This document shows, piece by piece, positions 1 to 8,893 of a stretch of DNA of 64,000 nucleotides. The notes under the pieces are model-generated. The model did not search any database and was not told the DNA's origin. It saw only the letters and a list, made by a program, of their open reading frames with translations. The stretch comes from a virus. Position numbers and translations under genes: made by a program. The number at the start of each line of letters is the position of its first letter. The stretch's first letter is position 1. The stretch is from the IMG/VR virus record IMGVR_UViG_3300023184_000030, positions 64,001 through 128,000 of that record, one strand, 5' to 3'.

Positions 1-101
1 TGTTTCTTAATATAGTCTTCATACTTATTGGTCACCCTTTCAGAGAAGAATCCTCTAGGGAAGTTGAAGTAAAAGCTATTTGATTTTGGATTAAGTAGCA
101 T
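1..101 (-). CDS. 5' part of a gene running off the left window edge (MLLNPKSNSFYFNFPRGFF...), probable tail/virion protein
   Basis: ATG at 101-99, 2 nt after the stop of the 761-aa gene; frame open to the window edge (translated by hand). Confidence 0.7.
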   Translation of the reverse strand, partial: MLLNPKSNSFYFNFPRGFFSERVTNKYEDYIKK

Positions 102-103
102 GC

Positions 104-2389
104 TTAAACTTTAATATTTGATAATGTTGGGGTAGAAAGAATTCCATTTGCAGCTATTTTAAACTGAGCTCTGGTTAATCCAGGATATTGGATGTATCCA
201 GGTTTGCCTGGGGTTAAGAAGTAATCAACTATCGTTTGATCTGCCCATCCAGTAGCAACAAATCCTTGCATCTGAGCAGCTAAAGCACTTGTTAAAGCAC
301 TACCTTTTAATTGCTGGTTGGTGTTTCCGATAGATGATGTGCTTGATGCATTACCGAGGTATGCGGAAAGGTTACCGCTAGATGCTGGCAGAATACTCTG
401 AACTATATTTTTAGGAGCTGCCTGTGTAACTGATCCAACCAGTTGATTTCCTGATGTTACTGTTACTGTAGGGGTAACAACAGTAGTCGTATCAGTAGGT
501 AATACTATAACTTCACCTTCTTTTTTCCAATATCCCCAGAATAAAACTGATGTTGATTCATTAGACATCGGTGTTTGTGTTGTTAGCGGAATTGAGGCAG
601 CAGCAGTCCCGCTAGAAGATATAGATCTTTGTTCCGAATTAGAAGAAACTAAATTAGTAGCTTGTGCCTGCACGCTTTGTGTGTTGACAGTTGCATTAGA
701 TTGAGCAGTTACGTTACCGTTTGTTATAAAGAATCTTCTGTCCGTAAAATTAAGTATTTTAGTTGATTGGGTTTCATCTATCTTGAAAGCAAGCTCTCCT
801 AAAGCAGGTTTTGCTATATTATTATCAAGCAATGATGGAACATAATTCTTATTTCCTGAATTGTCAAGGAAAGCAATCTTATAAAGGCCGCTATTGCTTA
901 AATCTATTTCAACAGGTATACCATTAGGACCTTCTTTAATAAATTTGAATTTATAATAGTTATCAAAAGGAGAAAGAGATACGGTAAGTTTACCTACACC
1001 TAAAGCGGTAACATTTGATGTCCCGTTATTTTGGGTTAGATTGCCATTGGTGAAAGTTAAATTTGCTGCAGTAGCAGTTACGTAGTTTTGCTGTATGAAA
1101 ACATTGGTGTACTTAATAATTTCCTTAGGTGCTGCCGTGTTATTAGATCCTACGCTAATTGAAGAAGCAGAATAAACTCTGTTATATATTTTCTGAACCT
1201 GTGGCAGATTCTGAAGCTTTATTGGGGTTATAGTCGTTCCCCATTGTGCAGGATTATTAGAAGCATAAGATGATATTCTAACCACCCTACTTTGATCGAC
1301 ACTGTTTATCAACGACATTGTGTATCTTAAAAAGAATGACGATGAATATGCTGCATTTCTTACGATAGGTCTATAGTAATTAGGTGAATCATAGGCAGTT
1401 GTTTGGGTTGACTCGAATCTAGAGGTCTCGATTATAGCAGCTCCTATTTGTTCAAGAACTTCTATTTGGTGACTTATATAATAACTATTGCCTATCGAGT
1501 TTTGAAAAAGTATAAAATCCTCAGTAAATCCTTCGTTATCTGTTGCATAATACTCGAAGAATTGACCGCTATTAGATTCTTTTATAGTAGCACCGATATT
1601 AGAAAATGGATCTTCTTGCTCTAATGAAAGCAGAGAAATTCTTGAAGAATCATATCTTGAATACCCCTCGAAGTCCGTAGTGCTTTGCACCTGCCATGCA
1701 GAGATTCTAATAGGTGCATCAGAAACAAATCCGTCCCCGCTCTGACTTATTAGAGAAGCTAAAGTTTGAGGTCTAAAATAATCTGAAGCAGAAAGATACT
1801 TATAGTTCATATCCTTAAGATTAGGTATCTTAATCTCAAAATATTTATCATAAATATTTGATCCTATAACTACTGGGTTAGGATTAAGTTCATAATCTTG
1901 CTCAGTTCCTTTCTTAAGTAGTATCTGAGAAGCAGTTACGTAATTTAAGTTCTGATCTTGAAATTCTATTTTAAGAATTAAACCATCTATGTTAGAAAGG
2001 TTATATCCAGCTCTAATGTGGTATCTAATAGTGTCATAGATCACTAATAGATTTGAAGGAAATACTATTGGTAGATCTACTGTATTAGTTAGCTGGTCTG
2101 AATAATCGTTAAATGGAATTATTAGATTTGAATCCAGGGTAACAAAAGAATTAGTACTAATCTGTACAACACTATTGCTTGCAGTATTTCTACTTAGATC
2201 ATAATCAGCATTCGGGTTGAATATCTGTACAGCATTATCCTGATAACCATTGATAAGTTTATCATATCCTATTGTTGATGGTCCGCTGTTAACAAAGTAC
2301 TCCTCTGGCTGCGGTTGATCAGCATACATATACTCCATTAGGAGATATGGGGTAAGCTGAACGAATTTTGATGTTGTGCTGTAAGCCAT
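104..2389 (-). CDS. Hypothetical virion structural protein (761 aa) with Ser/Thr-rich C-terminal linker
   Basis: Long ORF, beta-rich composition, structural operon context. Confidence 0.6.
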   Translation of the reverse strand: MAYSTTSKFVQLTPYLLMEYMYADQPQPEEYFVNSGPSTIGYDKLINGYQDNAVQIFNPNADYDLSRNTASNSVVQISTNSFVTLDSNLIIPFNDYSDQLTNTVDLPIVFPSNLLVIYDTIRYHIRAGYNLSNIDGLILKIEFQDQNLNYVTASQILLKKGTEQDYELNPNPVVIGSNIYDKYFEIKIPNLKDMNYKYLSASDYFRPQTLASLISQSGDGFVSDAPIRISAWQVQSTTDFEGYSRYDSSRISLLSLEQEDPFSNIGATIKESNSGQFFEYYATDNEGFTEDFILFQNSIGNSYYISHQIEVLEQIGAAIIETSRFESTQTTAYDSPNYYRPIVRNAAYSSSFFLRYTMSLINSVDQSRVVRISSYASNNPAQWGTTITPIKLQNLPQVQKIYNRVYSASSISVGSNNTAAPKEIIKYTNVFIQQNYVTATAANLTFTNGNLTQNNGTSNVTALGVGKLTVSLSPFDNYYKFKFIKEGPNGIPVEIDLSNSGLYKIAFLDNSGNKNYVPSLLDNNIAKPALGELAFKIDETQSTKILNFTDRRFFITNGNVTAQSNATVNTQSVQAQATNLVSSNSEQRSISSSGTAAASIPLTTQTPMSNESTSVLFWGYWKKEGEVIVLPTDTTTVVTPTVTVTSGNQLVGSVTQAAPKNIVQSILPASSGNLSAYLGNASSTSSIGNTNQQLKGSALTSALAAQMQGFVATGWADQTIVDYFLTPGKPGYIQYPGLTRAQFKIAANGILSTPTLSNIKV

Positions 2390-2400
2390 TTAATTTTAAA

Positions 2401-3246
2401 TTATTTTCCGAATTGTAAAAATCTTGGTGAATAATGAACTCCAAATCCAATATAAAAACCAGGAGAAAGACCAGTAGCAGATCCAGAAATACCATATCCA
2501 AGTTGAATGCCCAGTCCGAATTCCTTTCTAGCTGCTTTTAAAGCCTTTCTAGTATCTGCATTATCAGTAATATCAAACGAGTTAATATCATTAAAAGTTA
2601 AACCTGGATAAGTTGTGGTCACTCTTGTCATCATTCTTTTAGTTTTTGGATCCCTGTATATTCCAGTTGTAATATCTATATTTTGTTCCAGATTCAAAGA
2701 TGTGAGTCCAGGTAAAATTGTAGCTATGTATTTGGTTGAATCTAAAGGATCTATACGAAGACCCATTGTATATGGGGTTTTTCCCGATATCATTAATCTG
2801 TTTTTCCCTGTCATAATTGGACTATGTAGGAAATTAATAGATTCTTCTCCATTAGGGTCCCTAATAATCGTAGATGCTATCTTAACGCTATCTCTAATCT
2901 CTGTAACAATGTTTATCACTGAGTTTGGCGTGTTACCTCTTCTGCTAGATTTTAAACCTAATTGATGAATTAGTTCTTTCTGACTTTTAGAAAGTTCAGA
3001 AGCTTTTAGCTCGTAAGCTGATTTCTCTTGAATCAGATGTCCATTTTCAGACTTAATGGTTCTTACACTGTCTAAAGATGCAAGATAATTATTGTGCTCT
3101 CTCTTAGCTTCTGCCTCCATATGGGAGGTTTGCCCGCACTGTTTTAAGAACATAAGAATCAAAATAACAATAACAACAAGCATAAAAAATCTGCTGGTTA
3201 TCACCGAATATATGCTTGATATAGATTCTTTACTTAATGACTTCAT
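2401..3246 (-). CDS. Membrane-anchored/lipoprotein, putative spanin-like lysis protein (281 aa)
   Basis: Hydrophobic N-terminal helix ending LMFLKQC, coiled-coil, C-terminal amphipathic beta-hairpin (FGLGIQLGYG...FYIGFGVHY..F). Confidence 0.5.
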   Translation of the reverse strand: MKSLSKESISSIYSVITSRFFMLVVIVILILMFLKQCGQTSHMEAEAKREHNNYLASLDSVRTIKSENGHLIQEKSAYELKASELSKSQKELIHQLGLKSSRRGNTPNSVINIVTEIRDSVKIASTIIRDPNGEESINFLHSPIMTGKNRLMISGKTPYTMGLRIDPLDSTKYIATILPGLTSLNLEQNIDITTGIYRDPKTKRMMTRVTTTYPGLTFNDINSFDITDNADTRKALKAARKEFGLGIQLGYGISGSATGLSPGFYIGFGVHYSPRFLQFGK

Positions 3247-3496
3247 ACACAGCTTCCTCCTTTTTCCATTTCAGACCCATAGAATCAAGTTGTCCTTCCC
3301 CATATTTTTCGGATAAAGAATCGGAAAAATATTTTTCTCTTCTTCTGCATTCTTCAAGTTCTTGAATCAACTCGGAGGATCTAATCTCCATCTTCTTAAT
3401 GGTTTCCTCTACTGTCATTATTTCACCATGGATTCTGATAAACTCCTGGGAAATACTTAAAACCTCTTCTTTTTCTTTTTTATCTAGATCTGTCAT
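3230..3496 (-). CDS. Small acidic coiled-coil protein (88 aa), possible fibre assembly chaperone
   Basis: Heptad-like E/K-rich sequence directly downstream of the fibre genes; overlaps the next gene. Confidence 0.55.
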   Translation of the reverse strand: MTDLDKKEKEEVLSISQEFIRIHGEIMTVEETIKKMEIRSSELIQELEECRRREKYFSDSLSEKYGEGQLDSMGLKWKKEEAVYEVIK

Positions 3497-3511
3497 TTTA
3501 TTTAATTTTTA

Positions 3512-5263
3512 TTATGTACTTGTTTTCGCTGTTGTTGTTGATCCTGCATTTCCCGTTGACTTTCCAGATACAGTAACAATGCTTCCTACGCTATATCTAT
3601 CCGTCAATGGTATGTATCCGCTAATACCATCACACGTTTTCCAGAATAGCCTAGGATTTCCGTTTGTAGTGCTAGCAGAACCAAGAAAAGTTAAATCAAC
3701 ATAGCAACTTTGGGTAGGAAAAGCGTTCATTGAAGGCTGATACCTAAATCTCATAAAATATTGTACCGATTGTATTGTTGTTGTTTTTCCTACTGTGAAA
3801 TCCCAATAATTAAATACCAATCCTGCTATTTTATAATTCTGCCCACTTATAGTTGTAGTATCGTTCAAGAATATTCTATATGTGTTGGTGTATCCTGTAT
3901 TATAAAGTCCTTCCACATTTTGCTCATATGAGGTAGGTATTCTAAGGAAAACCTCTTTACTAGCGGGAAGATTGTATGTGCTTGGTGTAACTAGGATCAT
4001 GTTGCTGTCCCATAAAGAAATAGATGTTAAATCGATTACGTTATAAACGGTTGGTGTAAATGATGTGGCTGCATCCCAAATTCTTGCAGTCAAAGTGATA
4101 GTTGAAGCATTGACCTCTCTGACCTTCTTAACCGTATAAAGATAAGGTCCTCCTGTAGCTCCAGCAGCCTGTCCTCCGGTAGATCCAAAAGTGGTCTGAA
4201 TATGTTTCCCTGAAGAAACAGATCCTCTTGCTTTAGCTGAGAATATTGGTGCGTTTTTAAGATCGAAAAATTCAAAAGCAGAGTCTTGAGTGCTAGAAGC
4301 TAGGATTGATATGCCTGATGCTGATGTAGATCCGCCAGAAGGGAGATTCTTAGTAGCATCGAAAACTAGCTGACCATATTGCGAAACTGTACTTGGCTGT
4401 ACTTTTATAGGAATTCTAGAAGTTAAAGAAGATGAAGATAGCGTTATGTTCGAAGAGGCTAACGAAAGGTTTCCCCCAAGCCCAATAGTTGTGTTTGAGT
4501 ATAGATAAAAATCACCAGTTCCCCCAATAGTAACATCCTGAATGGAGCTTATTTCTGCCCGATCCCCGTATAAAATGGATCTTGCTGTATATGAATCTAT
4601 ACTAAGACCGTTTAAAGCAGAGATCTCGAGATTGCCTGTTGAGTAATATCTTAGAGAAGCTGAATTTCCTACCGTTCTCCAATAGAAACCCGGTACTCCT
4701 GTTGAGGTTGCTCCGGTTTTAGAGAAAGTAAATATGGGTCTGGTTATTTGATCGTCGGTAGAAACTAATAACTTGCTTCTATTTGGATTTATTCCAGCTA
4801 TTGTGTTATAATCATCCCCTATAACTAAAGATGTATTAGATGCAGTTAAACCTGCCTTTATACCTATTGCATACTTATCAGTTACACCGGCAGGTCCTAT
4901 TATGCCACCATATACAGAAAGATATGGTGAAGTGAATAAAGAATATCCACTGTATGCCCAAGAACCCCCAGTACCTAATGTATTTACTTTATAATCACTA
5001 GTGCTAGAATCTATCCACAAGTCAAAAGGATTACCTGAAATTGGTGCAGCATCAGATTTAGTCCAAACAGTACCTCTTAAACCAGTAGTTCCTGTTGCAC
5101 CCTTTCTCCCTGACGGACCATCATATCCGGCTGAACCCTTAGGTCCTTGATGTCCATTAGGTCCAACGCCAAAAGAAAGTATCTGGTCGAAATTATAATT
5201 GATCTTTCCTTTTATCTCAGAAGCTGAATCACCAGCAAAAATATATTTAGTATTAAAGTGCAT
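3512..5263 (-). CDS. Collagen-repeat tail/baseplate fibre protein, paralogue 3 (583 aa)
   Basis: N-terminal GD..KINYNFDQI motif, then Gly-X-Y run GPNGHQGPKGSAGYDGPSGRKGATGTTGLRG and RGTVW. Confidence 0.7.
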   Translation of the reverse strand: MHFNTKYIFAGDSASEIKGKINYNFDQILSFGVGPNGHQGPKGSAGYDGPSGRKGATGTTGLRGTVWTKSDAAPISGNPFDLWIDSSTSDYKVNTLGTGGSWAYSGYSLFTSPYLSVYGGIIGPAGVTDKYAIGIKAGLTASNTSLVIGDDYNTIAGINPNRSKLLVSTDDQITRPIFTFSKTGATSTGVPGFYWRTVGNSASLRYYSTGNLEISALNGLSIDSYTARSILYGDRAEISSIQDVTIGGTGDFYLYSNTTIGLGGNLSLASSNITLSSSSLTSRIPIKVQPSTVSQYGQLVFDATKNLPSGGSTSASGISILASSTQDSAFEFFDLKNAPIFSAKARGSVSSGKHIQTTFGSTGGQAAGATGGPYLYTVKKVREVNASTITLTARIWDAATSFTPTVYNVIDLTSISLWDSNMILVTPSTYNLPASKEVFLRIPTSYEQNVEGLYNTGYTNTYRIFLNDTTTISGQNYKIAGLVFNYWDFTVGKTTTIQSVQYFMRFRYQPSMNAFPTQSCYVDLTFLGSASTTNGNPRLFWKTCDGISGYIPLTDRYSVGSIVTVSGKSTGNAGSTTTAKTST

Positions 5264-5278
5264 CTATTTATTTTTAAT

Positions 5279-7282
5279 TTATACCCCTGAAACTGTTATT
5301 TGATAAGCTGTTTGACTCGATAAAGATAAGCCAGCAAATTCTATTGTTCTTGCCGTTCCAGATCCCGTAACGGTTCCCTCGATAGTAATTCCTGCTGGAT
5401 AATAAATTAAGGTAGAAGTTACAAAGCTTGGGGAAGAAGCGAAGGTTACAGCCAATTCTATTTTAGTAACCCCACTATTAAAGGTTGCAGTTAATGCTGA
5501 GGTTGGTGATATATTAGCAGGTCCTGCAAGGTACGAGAAAAAAGGAAGAGTTGAATATAATGTTGCACTTACTATATAAATTCCACCCGAATTATAAACA
5601 TAAGAATTTGATGCAAATGTATTATATAAAACACCGCACTTAGTTCCTGATATATTACCTCCATATGCACTATAATAAACAGAAAACCATTTTCTGTTAC
5701 CCGCAGTAGAACCAACACCAGCTATATTCATTATAGTAAAATCCACATGGGAAGCTCCTAGAGCATTAGAAGATGTTAAATCCACAATCTGCGGATATAT
5801 CGAAGCGGGTGAATTTGAAAATGTATTTGATGTATTCAGTCCTAAGAATCTAATAAACTTGCTTTCAGTATCTATTCTAACTCTAAAGTTGATTGCCTCA
5901 TAGTTATTTAACATATTTAGCCATCCCCCATTATTATTACTTCCGCTTCCTCCAGTTGCTGGAGTCCACAGGCAAATTCCTATTGGATCGGAAGGTCCAA
6001 ATGTTGAAGGACTGATAACAAAATCAGTTCCGTTATTTGCATTTATCCTAGCTGTTGATGTTCCGTCTGAATAAATTGCACCTGGTATTATAGTGTACCA
6101 TTTAGTTGAAGCTACAGACAGTGCACTAGCGGTAACTGTTGGGGTAACCGGCTGAACCGGCTGTATTGAATTAATTCTCTTATTATAATAAACCTCTCCA
6201 TTAGCCTTCACATCAAATATAACTTCACTTGATGTATAGGCTAAGAATAATCTGGAAACATTACTGGATATTACGTTTGCTTTAAATCTTAGATTACCTA
6301 CGCCTGACTTAGTACTTTCTAACCAAAGAGGGGGAAGATCACTATTTAGGGTATTAGTAAAATCGAAAGCTATAGGCATCGTAAACACATTCCCTGAATA
6401 TGTGTTAGTGATATAACTTATGTTTCTATTGGACAGAAAAGAAGTACCTGCAGAAGAGAAATTTAATATAAATTTTCCTCCTGTCGTTACAGAAAGACCC
6501 TGATTTCCTGATAAGTTTAAATTAAAACCAGTAGATCTATATGTTGAATTCCCTCCTCCATTGGTAGTTGTAGAAAGCTTTAATTGTCCAAATGGTATAT
6601 CAAAAAATAACGAATCCCCATTTTTCCAAGAAAGACCATATTTCAAAGCAGCTGTTGTTAAAGTAGAAGTCCAATAAAATCTAGGGGTCTTTGTATTAAA
6701 TGAGGTAATTGCTGAATAACTACCCTTGGTAAATTCCATCAGATTTTTTCCAGTAGCTCCACCGTTTATTGCAATAACAGTCTTAGAATATTGCGGATTT
6801 GCAATCGGTCCAGCAGATAATGGATTATCGCTAAGTACTAAAGTGTAGCTGGATGGATTTACCGAAGTTAACGTGTACCCATTATATGCAGAATTACCTG
6901 CAGAGGTGGGGATATTAGAATAAACTCTAAATATGTCCTGCGAAAGGATTCCGAATCCGTATCCGTTCCATCCAGAGGAAGAAAATTGATAGATCTGATT
7001 ACCCGATCCTGTTCTTGTATTTAACCAGAAGTCATTATTAATATAGCCAGTTAATCCTGGATCAGTAGCTCCTATGGTCCAGATGCTACCTCTACTTCCC
7101 ATATCTCCATAAGAACCGACTGGGCCAGTTTGTCCGGATTCCCCCTGCGGACCCCGGTCTCCTATCTTTCCATAAGGACCACCACCAAAAGTTAATATAT
7201 CAGAAAAATTAGAGTTGACCTTGTCAGCTAAAACTTTTTGATTGTCCCCTTCTTCTATTCTTAGTAATTTTAAATCTGGCAT
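5279..7282 (-). CDS. Collagen-repeat tail/baseplate fibre protein, paralogue 2 (667 aa)
   Basis: N-terminal GD..KVNSNFSDI motif, Gly-X-Y run GPYGKIGDRGPQGESGQTGPVGSYGDMGSRG, then RGSIW. Confidence 0.7.
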   Translation of the reverse strand: MPDLKLLRIEEGDNQKVLADKVNSNFSDILTFGGGPYGKIGDRGPQGESGQTGPVGSYGDMGSRGSIWTIGATDPGLTGYINNDFWLNTRTGSGNQIYQFSSSGWNGYGFGILSQDIFRVYSNIPTSAGNSAYNGYTLTSVNPSSYTLVLSDNPLSAGPIANPQYSKTVIAINGGATGKNLMEFTKGSYSAITSFNTKTPRFYWTSTLTTAALKYGLSWKNGDSLFFDIPFGQLKLSTTTNGGGNSTYRSTGFNLNLSGNQGLSVTTGGKFILNFSSAGTSFLSNRNISYITNTYSGNVFTMPIAFDFTNTLNSDLPPLWLESTKSGVGNLRFKANVISSNVSRLFLAYTSSEVIFDVKANGEVYYNKRINSIQPVQPVTPTVTASALSVASTKWYTIIPGAIYSDGTSTARINANNGTDFVISPSTFGPSDPIGICLWTPATGGSGSNNNGGWLNMLNNYEAINFRVRIDTESKFIRFLGLNTSNTFSNSPASIYPQIVDLTSSNALGASHVDFTIMNIAGVGSTAGNRKWFSVYYSAYGGNISGTKCGVLYNTFASNSYVYNSGGIYIVSATLYSTLPFFSYLAGPANISPTSALTATFNSGVTKIELAVTFASSPSFVTSTLIYYPAGITIEGTVTGSGTARTIEFAGLSLSSQTAYQITVSGV

Positions 7283-7312
7283 CTTTTTCTATGGAATCTT
7301 AATAAGTTATTG

Positions 7313-7320
7313 TATATATC
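7313..7320 (-). promoter_or_regulatory. Putative late promoter GATATATA
   Basis: Motif about 38 nt upstream of ATG 7282; overlaps the TGA stop of the upstream gene. Confidence 0.65.
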
Positions 7321-8890
7321 AATAAGTGAAAGATCCCCCGGAACCTCCAGTAGATCCTATAGCACCAATCGATGAGTAAGGTGCATAAGCACGATAATAA
7401 ACTGTGGTTAAACCAGATCCTGTCATTCCCCTAGCAACAGTAAGTTCAACGGTTGGAGATAGGAAGGGTAATGTTACCTTAGTTACGCAAGAAGCTGAAG
7501 CCCCTGTTCCTACCCCAATAAACTTAAACCCCGAAGCTGATGTTGTTGGAGAATCTGAGCTATTATGAACCGTTATATCTATTGATTCCCCCATTCGAAG
7601 TCCTCCAGATCCACCCCATCCTAAATCAGAATCGTTATATAGGCCAATTCCGACATGTTGTCCCGAAACTATAGCCGGATTGATTATCATAGTATTTCCG
7701 TTATCTAAAGGGGACCCTACTGTTGCAGAAGTCCTAGAAATAAAATACCAATTTATTGCAGTAGCTCCTGAATAACCAATCGTTCCCGCACTAGTAGACG
7801 GATATGATATACTCTCCAATGTTTTATTCATTTTAAGCTTTCCCCTGGTTGAAAGCCAAACTTGATTTCCTGTAGAATTCTCTAGTGTTAAGTGATAAAC
7901 ACTTTGTGAAAGTGTGCTATATGTGTCACCTGTTCTTGTCGATCTGAATCCAGCTGTTCCTGATGGTGTTATCTGTGTATGTGGGGATGAAGATGCTACT
8001 GTTGCTATTGATTTAATAGGATCAAGGAAACCTCCAGATACCCCAGACACGTTAAGGTACTTACTTGTTACATTAAACTGTCCAGTTGAGCTAATATTAT
8101 ATCCACCAGTAGCATAGATGCCTGATCCTGATGTAGCTCCGTAATTTATATCTGTACCTTTTTGTGATTCCATCTTCAGAGAGGAAAACCCTGATTCAAA
8201 TCCTCCGGAAACACCAACATCTAAAGTACCACCAGGAACTCTTATACCTAATGAATTGTCTGTTGGTATAGGGGAAGGCCAATAGAAAAATGGATGCAAA
8301 GAGTAATCCGCTATGGTTCCATCTGCCAAGTCACTCCTAGAAAATTCTAAAAGAGGTGAATCATTCACGGTTGAATCTGTGGAAATAGAGAATTTAGAAA
8401 GCAATTCATTTATAACACCATTCTCTGGTGTAACATCACTTAATACGAATAAGTAATTCTTGGGCAATACCTGGGACATCTGTATAGCAGTACCAGTTCC
8501 TCCTACGTAGGTGCTACCTCCGTTATATGTAAAATTGTCTATCCTGAATAGATCTGCTCCTGATCTTATATTATATCCAGTGGAATTCCATCCAGTTAAT
8601 TCTAGGATGTATATGTCACTGCTTGTTGAATCTATCCAATAGTCTCCTTCCTGAGCTGATCCAGCAGGAGCTACAGAAGTAACGAACCATCTAGTTCCCC
8701 TTGCTCCATCTAATCCAGTAGGCCCAAAAGTTCCCGAATCTCCTATTGCTCCTCTGTCGCCAGTAGGGCCTAAAGTACCCTGACTTCCTCCGTGTATTTC
8801 CACGGTTTCGTCAAAGTTATTGTTCAGCTTATTTATTAGTTGGCTTTGGTTGTCGCTGTAATCTAAGGCCTGTATATTAGTATTTGGCAT
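7319..8890 (-). CDS. Collagen-repeat tail/baseplate fibre protein, paralogue 1 (523 aa)
   Basis: N-terminal SD..KLNNNFDET motif, Gly-X-Y run GSQGTLGPTGDRGAIGDSGTFGPTGLDGARG, then RGTRW. Confidence 0.7.
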   Translation of the reverse strand: MPNTNIQALDYSDNQSQLINKLNNNFDETVEIHGGSQGTLGPTGDRGAIGDSGTFGPTGLDGARGTRWFVTSVAPAGSAQEGDYWIDSTSSDIYILELTGWNSTGYNIRSGADLFRIDNFTYNGGSTYVGGTGTAIQMSQVLPKNYLFVLSDVTPENGVINELLSKFSISTDSTVNDSPLLEFSRSDLADGTIADYSLHPFFYWPSPIPTDNSLGIRVPGGTLDVGVSGGFESGFSSLKMESQKGTDINYGATSGSGIYATGGYNISSTGQFNVTSKYLNVSGVSGGFLDPIKSIATVASSSPHTQITPSGTAGFRSTRTGDTYSTLSQSVYHLTLENSTGNQVWLSTRGKLKMNKTLESISYPSTSAGTIGYSGATAINWYFISRTSATVGSPLDNGNTMIINPAIVSGQHVGIGLYNDSDLGWGGSGGLRMGESIDITVHNSSDSPTTSASGFKFIGVGTGASASCVTKVTLPFLSPTVELTVARGMTGSGLTTVYYRAYAPYSSIGAIGSTGGSGGSFTY

Positions 8891-8893
8891 TTT

